Origin: Ruminiclostridium sp.
Lineage (GTDB): Bacteria > Bacillota > Clostridia > Oscillospirales > Ruminococcaceae
NCBI GenBank assembly: GCA_045579625.1
Contig: JAZNMN010000017.1
Span: 163,002 to 227,001, forward strand
Direction: 5' to 3'
Length of the DNA: 64,000 nucleotides
Shown: positions 46,089 to 55,738 of the stretch, piece after piece
Layout: every line of letters starts with the position of its first letter
How positions within the stretch are numbered: the stretch's first letter is position 1
The notes under the pieces: model-generated
Database searches by the model: none
Seen by the model: only the letters and a program-made list of their open reading frames with translations
What the model was told of the DNA's origin: nothing
Position numbers and translations under genes: made by a program

Positions 46089-46127
46089 AAAAAATCCGCC
46101 TGACGCATTATCTGCGCCAAACGGATT
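46089..46127 (-). terminator. Intrinsic terminator after cysK
   Basis: Minus strand AATCCGTTTGGCGCA/TGCGTCAGGCGGATT stem (G-U pairs) followed by a T-tract. Confidence 0.75.
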
Positions 46128-46145
46128 CTTACATATCATATTAAA

Positions 46146-47078
46146 TTATAAATCCGAAAGCATCTCGGAGGACAGGTAGCGTTCTCCTGTATCGGTAAGA
46201 AGTACAACGATATTCTTCCCCTCGTTTTCAGTCTTCTTCGCCTCGCTTATCGCCGCAAAAACCGCCGCACCCGAGGAAATACCAGTAAGTATACCTTCGA
46301 GTCTCGGAATTTCTCTTCCTGTATTAAAGGCGTCCTCATCGCTTACCGCAATAACCTCGTCATATACGGAAGTGTTAAGATTTTCGGGAATAAAGCCTGC
46401 GCCGATACCCTGTATCTTATGAGCGCCCGCCCTTCCTTCGGAAAGCACAGGCGAACCGAGCGGTTCTACTGCAACTATTTTTATATCAGGCCTTTTCGAT
46501 TTAAGATATTCGCCTGTTCCGCTTATAGTACCGCCGCTTCCGACGCAGCATACAAAAACATCAACCTCGCCGTCGGTATCCGACCATATTTCGGGGCCTG
46601 TATTCTCTCTGTGTGCAGCAGGATTGGCGCTGTTTTTAAACTGCGAGGGGATAAAGCTTCCGTGATTAGCCTTCGAAATCTCCTCTGCCTTCTCTATAGC
46701 CGCCTTCATACCGTATTTTCCGTCGGTAAGTACCACCTCTGCGCCATAAGCCTTAATAAGCTTTATTCTTTCAACGCTCATTGTATCGGGCATTACAATC
46801 ACAGCCTTATAACCCTTAGATGAAGCGATAGCCGCAAGAGCTATACCTGTATTACCGCTTGTAGGCTCTATAATCATTCCGCCGGGCTTAAGGATTCCGT
46901 CCTTTTCAGCCTGCTCTATCATAGATTTTCCTATTCTGTCCTTTGCGCTTCCTGCAGGATTAAAGAATTCAAGCTTAGCGAAAAGCTTAGCCTTAAGACC
47001 ATACTTTTTCTCAAAGCCGTTAAGCCTCAGTAGCGGTGTTCTTCCGATAAGCTCGGTAACATTATTATAGATTTTCAT
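46146..47078 (-). CDS. cysK: Cysteine synthase A
   Basis: NPAGSAKDR (PLP Lys), EPTSGNTG, GSGGT, HKIQGIG, DTGERYLS. Confidence 0.96.
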   Translation of the reverse strand: MKIYNNVTELIGRTPLLRLNGFEKKYGLKAKLFAKLEFFNPAGSAKDRIGKSMIEQAEKDGILKPGGMIIEPTSGNTGIALAAIASSKGYKAVIVMPDTMSVERIKLIKAYGAEVVLTDGKYGMKAAIEKAEEISKANHGSFIPSQFKNSANPAAHRENTGPEIWSDTDGEVDVFVCCVGSGGTISGTGEYLKSKRPDIKIVAVEPLGSPVLSEGRAGAHKIQGIGAGFIPENLNTSVYDEVIAVSDEDAFNTGREIPRLEGILTGISSGAAVFAAISEAKKTENEGKNIVVLLTDTGERYLSSEMLSDL

Positions 47079-47135
47079 ATTTGTTTCCTTTCTGTATAAT
47101 GTATCGTTATTCCTTCCTTTTGTTGTATCTGCCTG

Positions 47136-47164
47136 TCATATTAGCCGACTCGGTATCATAAGAT
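47136..47164 (+). promoter_or_regulatory. SigE-type (mother-cell) promoter of the S1-domain gene
   Basis: TCATATT-14 nt-CATAAGAT, close to the B. subtilis SigE consensus TCATATT-14-CATACAAT as I recall it. Confidence 0.6.
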
Positions 47165-47207
47165 TGAAAGACAAGAAAAACCGAAAAGGAAAGGAACGGT
47201 ATAAACA

Positions 47208-48137
47208 ATGAATCGCTATTTACCCGAAGGCGAGCTTACATCGCTCGGTCAAGATGTTTTAAATATCGCGTCAGACATCTCAGCTCTTGAGGACTGCATA
47301 AAAAAGGGAGTAATAACCGAGGGACGCTGTATTCTCTGTGACAGCGGTCATAATCTTATAATAGATATGGGCTTTATTAAGGGAATTATTCCGAGATGTG
47401 AGGGCGCTATCGGAATCGAAAACGGTACTACAAGAGATATTGCGCTTATTTCAAGAGTAAATAAGCCCGTTTCCTTCAGAATCACAGGTATTACACGGGA
47501 TGAATCGGGCAGACAGGTTGCGCTTCTTTCGAGAAGACTCGCCCAGGAGGAATGTGTTTCCGAATATATATGCCGCCTTCGTACAGGAACAATCATCGAC
47601 GCAAAAATTACTCATATGGAGCAGTTCGGCGCCTTTGTTGATATAGGCTGCGGAATATCCTCCCTCATTCCCATCGACCTTATCTCGGTTTCGAGAATTT
47701 CCCATCCCTCCGACAGATTTACTGTGGGACAGAATGTAAAGGCTGTGGTTAAGGCGATAGAAAACGATAAAATAACCCTTAGCCATAAGGAATTGCTTGG
47801 AACCTGGCAGGAAAATGCCGATTTATTCAGCGTAGGCGAAACCGTTACGGGAATAGTACGCTCCGTAGAAAGCTACGGTATTTTCGTAGAGCTTATGCCT
47901 AATCTTGCGGGACTCGCGGAGCTTAAGGAAAATATAAAGGTGAACAGCCGCGTCAGCGTATACATAAAAGCAATAATTCCCGATAAGATGAAGGTTAAAC
48001 TGATAATAGTAGACAGCTTCAACGAGGATATTACCGAAAGCCCCTACAGCTACAACTATACAATTTCATCGGGAAGCATCACAAGCTGGAAATATTCCAC
48101 AGAAACAGCCGAAAAGCTGGTTATGACTTGTTTTTAA
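47208..48137 (+). CDS. Multi-S1 RNA-binding domain protein
   Basis: S1 repeats (FGAFVDIGCG.SSLIP...IS, YGIFVEL.P.LAGL); GAAAGGAA RBS. Confidence 0.85.
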   Translation: MNRYLPEGELTSLGQDVLNIASDISALEDCIKKGVITEGRCILCDSGHNLIIDMGFIKGIIPRCEGAIGIENGTTRDIALISRVNKPVSFRITGITRDESGRQVALLSRRLAQEECVSEYICRLRTGTIIDAKITHMEQFGAFVDIGCGISSLIPIDLISVSRISHPSDRFTVGQNVKAVVKAIENDKITLSHKELLGTWQENADLFSVGETVTGIVRSVESYGIFVELMPNLAGLAELKENIKVNSRVSVYIKAIIPDKMKVKLIIVDSFNEDITESPYSYNYTISSGSITSWKYSTETAEKLVMTCF

Positions 48138-49371
48138 GCTTCTTTCTGTATTCGAGAGCCGCCTGCTCAAGCTTATTATCGCCGAATTCGTAATAAATTC
48201 GATCCTTTATATTATCGGGCAGGTACTGCTGTTCCACATAATGATTCGGAAAATCGTGAGGATAAAGATAGTGCTGTCCCTTAACGGCGGCACCCTCCCC
48301 GTCGTAATGAACATTCTGGAGATGTCTCGGAAAATCGCCTGTATTCCCTGCTTCAACATCACGCATAGCCTTATCGAGCGCAAGATAGGCGCTGTTCGAT
48401 TTAGGCGCAGTAGCCAACAAGATAGTAGCTTCGGCAAGAGGAAGTCTTGCCTCGGGAAAGCCTAACTGAAGCGCACTGTCAACGCAGGCCTTTACTATCG
48501 GAACTGCCATAGGATATGCAAGTCCCACATCCTCGGAGGCAATACAGAGAAGCCTTCTGCAGATAGAGGCCATATCTCCTGCGGTTATAAGTCTTGCGAG
48601 ATAATGAAGAGCGGCGTTTTCGTCGGAGCCTCTTACGGATTTATGGAAGGCGGAAAGGATATCGTAATGCTGGTCGCCGCCTCGGTCGTATTTCATAGCG
48701 CTTTTCTGAGTAAGCTGGCTTGCCAGTTCAATATCTATTTTCCCATTATTGGCGGAAAGCATACATAATTCTACAGTATTTATGCCTTTTCTTACATCTC
48801 CGCCGCAGCCCGAGGCTATATGAAGAAAAGCTTCCTCGTCGAAGGTATATTTAAGTCCCATTTCTTCACAGGCTATCGTAAACGCTCGTTTAAGTGCAGG
48901 AAGTATATCCTCCTTCTCTACGGGCTTGAACTCGAAAACCGTAGAACGGGAAAGAATCGCATTATATACGTAAAAATACGGATTTTCCGTTGTCGAAGCA
49001 ATAAGAGTAATATCTCCGTTTTCGATATATTCGAGAAGGCTCTGCTGCTGTTTTTTATTAAGATACTGGATCTCGTCAAGATATAAAAGAGTACCCTTTC
49101 CGAAATTGAAAGAGCCTCTCGTCGCAATAATCTCCTTTATATCAGCAGTAGAACAGGAAGTTCCGTTAAGCTTATAAAGATTCATATCGGCGGAATCGGC
49201 AATTATATTTGCTACCGTAGTCTTACCAATACCCGAGGAACCGTAAAATATCATATTCGGGATATTACCGCCCTCGATAATATTTCTGAGAGGTCTACCC
49301 TTACCTAAAATATGCTTCTGACCTACTACCTCGTCAAGAGTCTTAGGTCTTATACTATCCGCTAACGGCAT
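48121..49371 (-). CDS. rarA: Replication-associated recombination protein A (MgsA/RarA AAA+ ATPase)
   Basis: PLAD.IRP, VVGQ.H, GSSGIGKTT, LDEI, ASTTENP, HKSVRGSD, ASEDVG; 3' end overlaps the S1 gene. Confidence 0.95.
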   Translation of the reverse strand: MPLADSIRPKTLDEVVGQKHILGKGRPLRNIIEGGNIPNMIFYGSSGIGKTTVANIIADSADMNLYKLNGTSCSTADIKEIIATRGSFNFGKGTLLYLDEIQYLNKKQQQSLLEYIENGDITLIASTTENPYFYVYNAILSRSTVFEFKPVEKEDILPALKRAFTIACEEMGLKYTFDEEAFLHIASGCGGDVRKGINTVELCMLSANNGKIDIELASQLTQKSAMKYDRGGDQHYDILSAFHKSVRGSDENAALHYLARLITAGDMASICRRLLCIASEDVGLAYPMAVPIVKACVDSALQLGFPEARLPLAEATILLATAPKSNSAYLALDKAMRDVEAGNTGDFPRHLQNVHYDGEGAAVKGQHYLYPHDFPNHYVEQQYLPDNIKDRIYYEFGDNKLEQAALEYRKKLKNKS

Positions 49372-49401
49372 AACTTCGGAATTCCTTTCTTATCAATAAT
49401 T

Positions 49402-49460
49402 AAAAAGCCGCATATAAGATATACTGTTATACTGTACATCTTATCCGTGCGGCTTTTTTT
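49402..49460 (-). terminator. Long hairpin/terminator between prs and rarA
   Basis: AAAAAGCCGCA...TGCGGCTTTTT outer stem, TAAGAT/ATCTTA inner stem, T-tracts on both strands. Confidence 0.7.
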
Positions 49461-49466
49461 ACTTGA

Positions 49467-50627
49467 TTATTCCCTTTCGGCACCCTTTACATTGTACTTT
49501 TTGAGTAATGCCTTGATCTTGCTGTGAGGATCAATGAGTGCGCTTATAGAAACATCGTGGTTAAGTGCTGCAATAAAATAAGCGATATACTTGGACACGT
49601 CAACCTCATTGAACCAGGGTCTCGCTAACAGCTCGGGTGTACGGTAAGTAAGGTTTGTACCGAACACATAGTCAATAATACCGTCCTTATACGCACGGTC
49701 AAACTTTTCAAGACCGTTGGTAAAGATAGGATATGTAGCGTAAGCGATAATTCTCTTCGCATTTCTCTTCTTAAGCTCATAAGCTATATCGAGCATAGAT
49801 TCGCCGGAAGAAATAATGTCGTCGGAGATAAATACGTCCTTACCTTCAACAGAGTTACCGATATATTCGTGAGCTACGATAGGATTTCTGCCGTTTACGA
49901 TTCTCGAATAGTCACGTCTCTTATAGAACATACTAAGGTCTACTCCCAGTACGGAAGCGTAATACATATTACGGTTGATTGCGCCTTCGTCGGGGCTTAC
50001 TACCATAAATGTATCCTTAGATACGTTAAGGTCGGTTACCTTCTTGAACATAGCCTTAAGAACCTGATAGGTAGGCATAACATTATCGAAGCCTGTGAGA
50101 GGAATAGCGTTGCATACTCTCGGGTCGTGAGCGTCAAAGCAAACAATGTTGGAAACGGACATTGCGGTAAGCTCCTGTAATGCTACTGCACAGTCGAGAG
50201 ATTCTCTGTAATTTCTTCTGTGCTGTCTACCGCCGTAAAGAATAGGCATAATAACGTTAATTCTGTGGGCCTTACCGCTCATAGCCTGAATTGTACGCTT
50301 AAGATCCTGGAAATGGTCGTCAGGAGACATAAGATTCTCTCTTCCGAACATCTGATATGTACAGCTATAGTTACCTACGTCAACAAGAATGTACATATCA
50401 TCGCCTCGGATAGACTTCTTTATAAGAGCCTTACCGTCGCCGGAAGAAAATCTCGGGCACTGTGTCTCAACGAGGAAGGAATCTATATTTATACCGCCTT
50501 CGTTTGCCCACTGAACAAGATAATTATTGATTTTCGTACCAAGCTCCTGTGTACCGTTCATAGCAATAATTCCGATAGGTGCAACAGAATCCTGTGTGTT
50601 AAGAACAATCTGACTTGCTTTATCCAT
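49467..50627 (-). CDS. prs: Ribose-phosphate pyrophosphokinase (long clostridial type)
   Basis: RFSSGDGK, YGGRQH, FDAHD, VSPDEG, DDIISSGES. Confidence 0.93.
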   Translation of the reverse strand: MDKASQIVLNTQDSVAPIGIIAMNGTQELGTKINNYLVQWANEGGINIDSFLVETQCPRFSSGDGKALIKKSIRGDDMYILVDVGNYSCTYQMFGRENLMSPDDHFQDLKRTIQAMSGKAHRINVIMPILYGGRQHRRNYRESLDCAVALQELTAMSVSNIVCFDAHDPRVCNAIPLTGFDNVMPTYQVLKAMFKKVTDLNVSKDTFMVVSPDEGAINRNMYYASVLGVDLSMFYKRRDYSRIVNGRNPIVAHEYIGNSVEGKDVFISDDIISSGESMLDIAYELKKRNAKRIIAYATYPIFTNGLEKFDRAYKDGIIDYVFGTNLTYRTPELLARPWFNEVDVSKYIAYFIAALNHDVSISALIDPHSKIKALLKKYNVKGAERE

Positions 50628-50656
50628 TGTAGTTCTCCCTCTTTAATTCTTTTCTT

Positions 50657-51913
50657 TTATTCGTATAAAGGATACTTCTTACAGATTCCGTTTACCATCT
50701 CTCTTATCTTATCCTTGGAGTTATCGAAATCCTTAGCTGTAAGATAGATACATTCGCCGATTACCTTCATATCCTCTTCAACAAGTCCTCTTGTTGTTAC
50801 TGCAGGAGTACCGATACGTACGCCGCTTGTGATGAAGGGACTCTGGGGATCGTTGGGAATAGCGTTCTTGTTAACTGTGATATATACTTCGTCAAGCTTC
50901 TTTTCGAGATCCTTACCTGTAATGCTGAAGGGCTGAAGATCTACGAGCATAAGGTGGTTGTCCGTACCGCCGGAAACAAGATTGAAGCCCTTTTCGAGAA
51001 GTGTGTCGGCTAAAACGGAAGCATTCTTTACAATCTGCTTGCCGTATGCCTTGAATTCAGGCTTTAAAGCTTCTGCAAAGCATACTGCCTTACCTGCGAT
51101 AACGTGCATTAAGGGGCCGCCCTGTGTTCCGGGGAATACAGCCTTATTTATCTTCTTCGCAAGCTCTTCGTCGTTAGTCATAATCATACCGCCTCTGGGA
51201 CCGCGTAAGGTCTTATGAGTGGTTGTTGTAACGATATCGGCATAAGGAACGGGAGACATATGCTCGCCTGCGGCAACAAGACCTGCAATATGAGCCATAT
51301 CAACCATAAGGTAAGCGCCTACGCTCTTAGCGATTTCAGAAAGCTTTTCGAAATCAATCTTTCTGGGATATGCACTTGCACCTGCCACAATCATCTTGGG
51401 CTTGCTTTCTTCGGCAAGCTTCTGAACGGTTTCGTAGTTTATCATTCCTGTCTCGTCGTCAAGACCGTAGGAAACGAAGTTGAAATACTTACCAGAAATA
51501 TTTACGGGAGAACCGTGTGTAAGATGTCCGCCATGAGCAAGACTCATACCGAGAACGGTATCGCCGGGCTCTAAAAGCGCAAAATACACAGCTGTGTTTG
51601 CCTGTGCGCCGGAATGAGGCTGAACATTTGCGAACTGACAGCCGAAAAGCTTCTTAGCTCTTTCGATTGCTATTGTTTCAACAACGTCAACACATTCACA
51701 GCCGCCGTAGTATCTCTTAGCGGGATAACCTTCAGCATACTTATTGGTGAGTACGCTTCCCATAGCCGCCATAACTGCGGGAGAAACGATATTCTCGCTG
51801 GCAATAAGCTCAAGGTTACGCTGCTGGCGCTTTAATTCACCTGCCATTGCTTCGGAAACCTCGCTGTCGTACTTGCCGAGGAAGCCGATAGAATCAATTA
51901 AATCGTTGTACAT
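50657..51913 (-). CDS. glyA: Serine hydroxymethyltransferase
   Basis: [45 protein letters not shown]. Confidence 0.98.
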   Translation of the reverse strand: MYNDLIDSIGFLGKYDSEVSEAMAGELKRQQRNLELIASENIVSPAVMAAMGSVLTNKYAEGYPAKRYYGGCECVDVVETIAIERAKKLFGCQFANVQPHSGAQANTAVYFALLEPGDTVLGMSLAHGGHLTHGSPVNISGKYFNFVSYGLDDETGMINYETVQKLAEESKPKMIVAGASAYPRKIDFEKLSEIAKSVGAYLMVDMAHIAGLVAAGEHMSPVPYADIVTTTTHKTLRGPRGGMIMTNDEELAKKINKAVFPGTQGGPLMHVIAGKAVCFAEALKPEFKAYGKQIVKNASVLADTLLEKGFNLVSGGTDNHLMLVDLQPFSITGKDLEKKLDEVYITVNKNAIPNDPQSPFITSGVRIGTPAVTTRGLVEEDMKVIGECIYLTAKDFDNSKDKIREMVNGICKKYPLYE

Positions 51914-51949
51914 AGGTTGATACGCTCACTTTCTGAAAAATATATTTTA

Positions 51950-51978
51950 ATTATACCTAAAAACGTAGAAAAATGCAA
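51950..51978 (-). promoter_or_regulatory. SigA promoter of glyA
   Basis: Minus strand TTGCAT-17 nt-TATAAT. Confidence 0.65.
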
Positions 51979-52045
51979 TTGCTTTTCCTACAAATTTTAA
52001 CAAAAATGATGAAACTTTTTCATAACATTACATAGGACAACGTTT

Positions 52046-53092
52046 TCATACTACCGCATTGTCAAAAAATGCAATGATTTTTTCCGAAACGGTCGGGTCA
52101 GTTTCACAAATTCCGAAGCCCATATATTCTGTTACGATTTCCTTTACCTTATCTATGGGAGGGTTGTTGTTGTATTCGGAATAAAGCGCATTTATCTTAT
52201 CCTCGTATTCCTTATTGAGAGCCATAGCGCTGTCTGAATAGAGAGTATTGTTGTGTCCTCTTCCCTCAACACCGAGGTATACTGCCCCGGAATTGGTTAT
52301 TCTTTCGTTGTAGTTTATAAGTGCAGCCCCATCGTACTTTACGGTTTTATCATCCTTACCGTGAATAATCATCACAGGAGAGGCGGAGCCGTTTATTCCG
52401 CTTACAGCGTCATTGGATACAGCATTTCCGAAAACGAGAAGATTGTATACTGCAGTAATCGGGTATTCGATAGCCCCGAAAACACTCATACCCGTCACAG
52501 AGTATTCAAGAAGCATATCTGCCGAATTTCCGTAGGCAGAAACGCTTACAACCGCCTTAACCTCGGGATAATCGTCCATCACCGCACAAGCGCCGTAGCC
52601 GCCCATACCCTGTCCGAAGAGTAAAATCGGAAGCTCGTTTACAGCGGGATTTCCCGAAGCATATTCAATAGCCGCCGCCATATCTTCAGCAGGACGGCAA
52701 AGTCCGACCTGTGAATCTCCGTCGCTCATAGCGTGTCCCGTAAGGTCAAACATAAACACGGAATAATTCGCTTCAAGAAGCGTCTTGGCAATACCCATAA
52801 GGTTTCTCGAGGATGCGTCCTTATTATGGCTCATAATTACCAGCCCTTTTGGAGAAGCATTCTTATAAAGCTTACCCGAAAGGTTTGTACCCTTCGAAGC
52901 GAAGGTTATATCCTCCATACTGTAGGAGGCCGCAAGAGTCTCGTATTCTGGAAAAACCGTATACATTTCAGCTCGATAAGCCTTAAATACAGACTCATAG
53001 GTAAACATTACAAAAATAGCCGAAAGTATAATAAATATGCTTAAAAATACTACTACAGTACGAATTATACCTCTTATTTTTTTCTTCTTCAT
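52046..53092 (-). CDS. Alpha/beta-fold hydrolase with N-terminal TM, degenerate nucleophile elbow
   Basis: FDLTGHAMSDG, GQGMGG (Gly where Ser is expected in GxSxG), IIHGKDD. Start set at ATG 53092 (ATGA overlap with the GGDEF gene). Confidence 0.75.
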   Translation of the reverse strand: MKKKKIRGIIRTVVVFLSIFIILSAIFVMFTYESVFKAYRAEMYTVFPEYETLAASYSMEDITFASKGTNLSGKLYKNASPKGLVIMSHNKDASSRNLMGIAKTLLEANYSVFMFDLTGHAMSDGDSQVGLCRPAEDMAAAIEYASGNPAVNELPILLFGQGMGGYGACAVMDDYPEVKAVVSVSAYGNSADMLLEYSVTGMSVFGAIEYPITAVYNLLVFGNAVSNDAVSGINGSASPVMIIHGKDDKTVKYDGAALINYNERITNSGAVYLGVEGRGHNNTLYSDSAMALNKEYEDKINALYSEYNNNPPIDKVKEIVTEYMGFGICETDPTVSEKIIAFFDNAVV

Positions 53093-54255
53093 TTTACTGC
53101 CTTTCTGTTTTCGTGAATAAAAGGACGTCCCATATAGCCTATGCAGTTCTTTCCGCATTTCTTGGCTATCATAAGCTGGTCGTCCGCCTCATTAAGGAGC
53201 GAGGAATAGGTTTCGGTATCCTTAAGCTTCTTTATTCCCGAAACTCCTATACTGATTGTTACAATTCCCTCTCCGAAAGGAAGTGCCATTGTCTCTATAC
53301 CCTGTCTTAACTGTTCGGCAAGCTTTACTATTTCATACTGTTCCATATTTTCGAGAATAAGAACAAAGTCATCTCCGCCGAATCTTGAAATAATATCCGT
53401 ATAAGGCTTCGCAATAATCTTTATATAGTTACAGATATTGTAAAGACAGGTATCGCTTTTATCAAAACCATACATATGGTTGTAGCCGCGAAAATTGTCT
53501 ATATCGATAAGGATTACTGCAATATTACGCTCATTCTTATCGAGGGACAGCTCGCGGAATTTTGCAGTAAGACCTGTCTTGTTGAGAAGTCCCGTAAGAC
53601 TGTCCTTCCGAAGCACCTGAATGCATCTGTCTTCCGCCGTTTCAAGCCGTCTCTTCCCTATCCAGAGATTTGAATAACAGCAATATATAATCGAAGAAAG
53701 CCAGTTAAAGGCAAAAACGCATACAACATATCCTACGTAATAAAGCACACCCATCTTTTCGTTAATACCGTAAATAAGTGCGGGAACCGCTACGGTACAG
53801 GTAAGAATGAGACTCTCGAAGGGCTCGGAGACAGGTATTATAAGTATACAAAGCGTCAGCAACAGGAACGAAAAAGGCCGCCCGTTATTCAGGTATTCCG
53901 AAAGGGATACAACTATTCCGCCTGCCGAAAAAAGAATCCAGTATAAGTAAAGAAAAACCTTCATCAGCTTATAATCAGGACTGTTTTTTATAATCTCACG
54001 ATAGAGCAGATAAAACAGTATTACCGCCGAGGCAACAAAAATTACCCCTCCCACGAAGCGCAGGGTTGACGACTGGCTTATTTCGCCGCAGGTTACAATA
54101 TAAAATATACCTACAGCAAGCTCTATTACGGAGAATGCTATTGCACGCCGCACATTTTTCAGAGTTATATGATTAAGCATAAGCCGATAGGAATAACCGT
54201 CCTCGCTCTCTATCTCTCTGATGTATCTGCCGCTTACAATAAATATTACGTTCAT
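53089..54255 (-). CDS. Membrane-bound GGDEF-domain protein (GGDDF variant)
   Basis: About 6 TMs, then DSLTGLLN, IDIDNFRGYN, RFGGDDF, TISIGV, ADDQLMIAK. Start codon uncertain (no clear RBS). Confidence 0.88.
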   Translation of the reverse strand: MNVIFIVSGRYIREIESEDGYSYRLMLNHITLKNVRRAIAFSVIELAVGIFYIVTCGEISQSSTLRFVGGVIFVASAVILFYLLYREIIKNSPDYKLMKVFLYLYWILFSAGGIVVSLSEYLNNGRPFSFLLLTLCILIIPVSEPFESLILTCTVAVPALIYGINEKMGVLYYVGYVVCVFAFNWLSSIIYCCYSNLWIGKRRLETAEDRCIQVLRKDSLTGLLNKTGLTAKFRELSLDKNERNIAVILIDIDNFRGYNHMYGFDKSDTCLYNICNYIKIIAKPYTDIISRFGGDDFVLILENMEQYEIVKLAEQLRQGIETMALPFGEGIVTISIGVSGIKKLKDTETYSSLLNEADDQLMIAKKCGKNCIGYMGRPFIHENRKAVK

Positions 54256-54309
54256 AATTATAGATTTAATGAACGATATTGTCTTTTTCAGAACTACACC
54301 CCATTTATT

Positions 54310-55110
54310 TTATTTACACTGGCTAAGTCCCGTTATACAATGCATAGGGCATACATTTGCACATATACCGCAGTCGGTACATAGGTCGGGATTTATTTCA
54401 GCGTGATTGTTCGTTATTACAACAGCGTCTCTCGGACACTTCTTAACGCATATTCCACAGCCGATACAGCCGTTTTTACATACGCCTCTTGTAACCTTAC
54501 CTGTGTCGGCGGAGCTGCACTGTACAATAAAACGCTTACTCTCCTTAACGAGGGTTATAAGATTATTTGGACAGGCCTTTACGCATTTTCCGCAGCCTAT
54601 ACATTCCGCAGGCTTTACTACCGCAATACCGTTTACTATTGATATGCAGTTATTATCGCATACTGCCGCACAGTCGCCGAAGCCGTGACAGCCTGATTGA
54701 CACTTGCCTTTTCCGTTGTAGAATTTTTCTACGGCAGCACAGCTTCTTGTACCGATATAGGAAAATTTATCCTCAGTCGCCTCACAGTCGCCGCTACAGC
54801 GTACAAATGCAATTTCACGCTCGGTTTCTACGGCCTCAACGCCCATTATCTCGCTTACCTTACGGACAACCTCCATACCGCCGGGCTTACAGAGATTTGT
54901 GGGAGCTATTCCCTTCGCTACAGCCTCGGCATAACCGTCACAGCCCGAATAACCGCAGCCGCCGCAGTTTGCGCCGGGGAGAGCTTCGGAAATTTTCTCT
55001 ACGGTTTCATCAGTCTTTACAAAAAAGAATTTTGATGCTATCGTAAGAAGTATTCCTATTACCGTTCCGAGGATAAGAAAGAAAAGTATAGGATATAAAT
55101 ACTGTTCCAT
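54310..55110 (-). CDS. rnfB: Rnf electron transport complex subunit B
   Basis: LPGANCGGCGYSGC and several CxxCxxC...CP ferredoxin motifs. ATG 55110 has a GAAAGGA RBS. Confidence 0.93.
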   Translation of the reverse strand: MEQYLYPILFFLILGTVIGILLTIASKFFFVKTDETVEKISEALPGANCGGCGYSGCDGYAEAVAKGIAPTNLCKPGGMEVVRKVSEIMGVEAVETEREIAFVRCSGDCEATEDKFSYIGTRSCAAVEKFYNGKGKCQSGCHGFGDCAAVCDNNCISIVNGIAVVKPAECIGCGKCVKACPNNLITLVKESKRFIVQCSSADTGKVTRGVCKNGCIGCGICVKKCPRDAVVITNNHAEINPDLCTDCGICANVCPMHCITGLSQCK

Positions 55111-55135
55111 TAAATTAGTTCCTTTCAAAAGGATT

Positions 55136-55738
55136 TTATGCGCCGAAAATTCCCTCAACTATACCGCCGAAGCCTACGAAGGAAAGAGATGTAATAGACG
55201 CCGCTATAAGCGTAATCGGAGTCCCTTCGAGAGCCTTCGGAACGTTACACTTGCCTATTCTTTCACGTACTCCCGAAAAAATTACCATTACAAGAAGGAA
55301 GCCGAGACCGCCCGCGAGAGCGTTCACAAGAGCTTCAAGGAAGCTGTATTCATTGTCGATATTGAGAATTGTTACGCCGAGAACCGCACAGTTTGTTGTA
55401 ATAAGAGGGAGATACACGCCCAGAGACTTATAAAGAGGCGGAACGTACTTTTTCAGCACCATTTCAACAATCTGTACAAGAGCCGCAATAATAAGAATAA
55501 AGCATATCGTATTAAGATAGGAAATGCCGAGGGGTACGAGTATTCCGTGATATATCGGATATGTAACGGCGCTTGAAGCTACCATTACGAAAGTAACCGC
55601 AAGTCCCATTCCCACAGCTCCCGATGTTGTCTTGGAAACGCCGAGAAAGGGACAGATTCCGTAAAACTTAGATAAGATAAAGTTTTCGGTAAGAATACCC
55701 GTAAGGAGAATAATCATAAGATTTTTTACAATTTCCAT
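55136..55738 (-). CDS. rnfA: Rnf complex subunit A
   Basis: ENFILSKFYGICPFLGVS, YLPLITTNCAVLG. Confidence 0.95.
   Translation of the reverse strand: MEIVKNLMIILLTGILTENFILSKFYGICPFLGVSKTTSGAVGMGLAVTFVMVASSAVTYPIYHGILVPLGISYLNTICFILIIAALVQIVEMVLKKYVPPLYKSLGVYLPLITTNCAVLGVTILNIDNEYSFLEALVNALAGGLGFLLVMVIFSGVRERIGKCNVPKALEGTPITLIAASITSLSFVGFGGIVEGIFGA

Noticed and set aside
47079-47207. S-box or T-box leader upstream of cysK
   Set aside because: Only 129 bp shared with the divergent S1 gene; no T-box or SAM-I core motifs seen.
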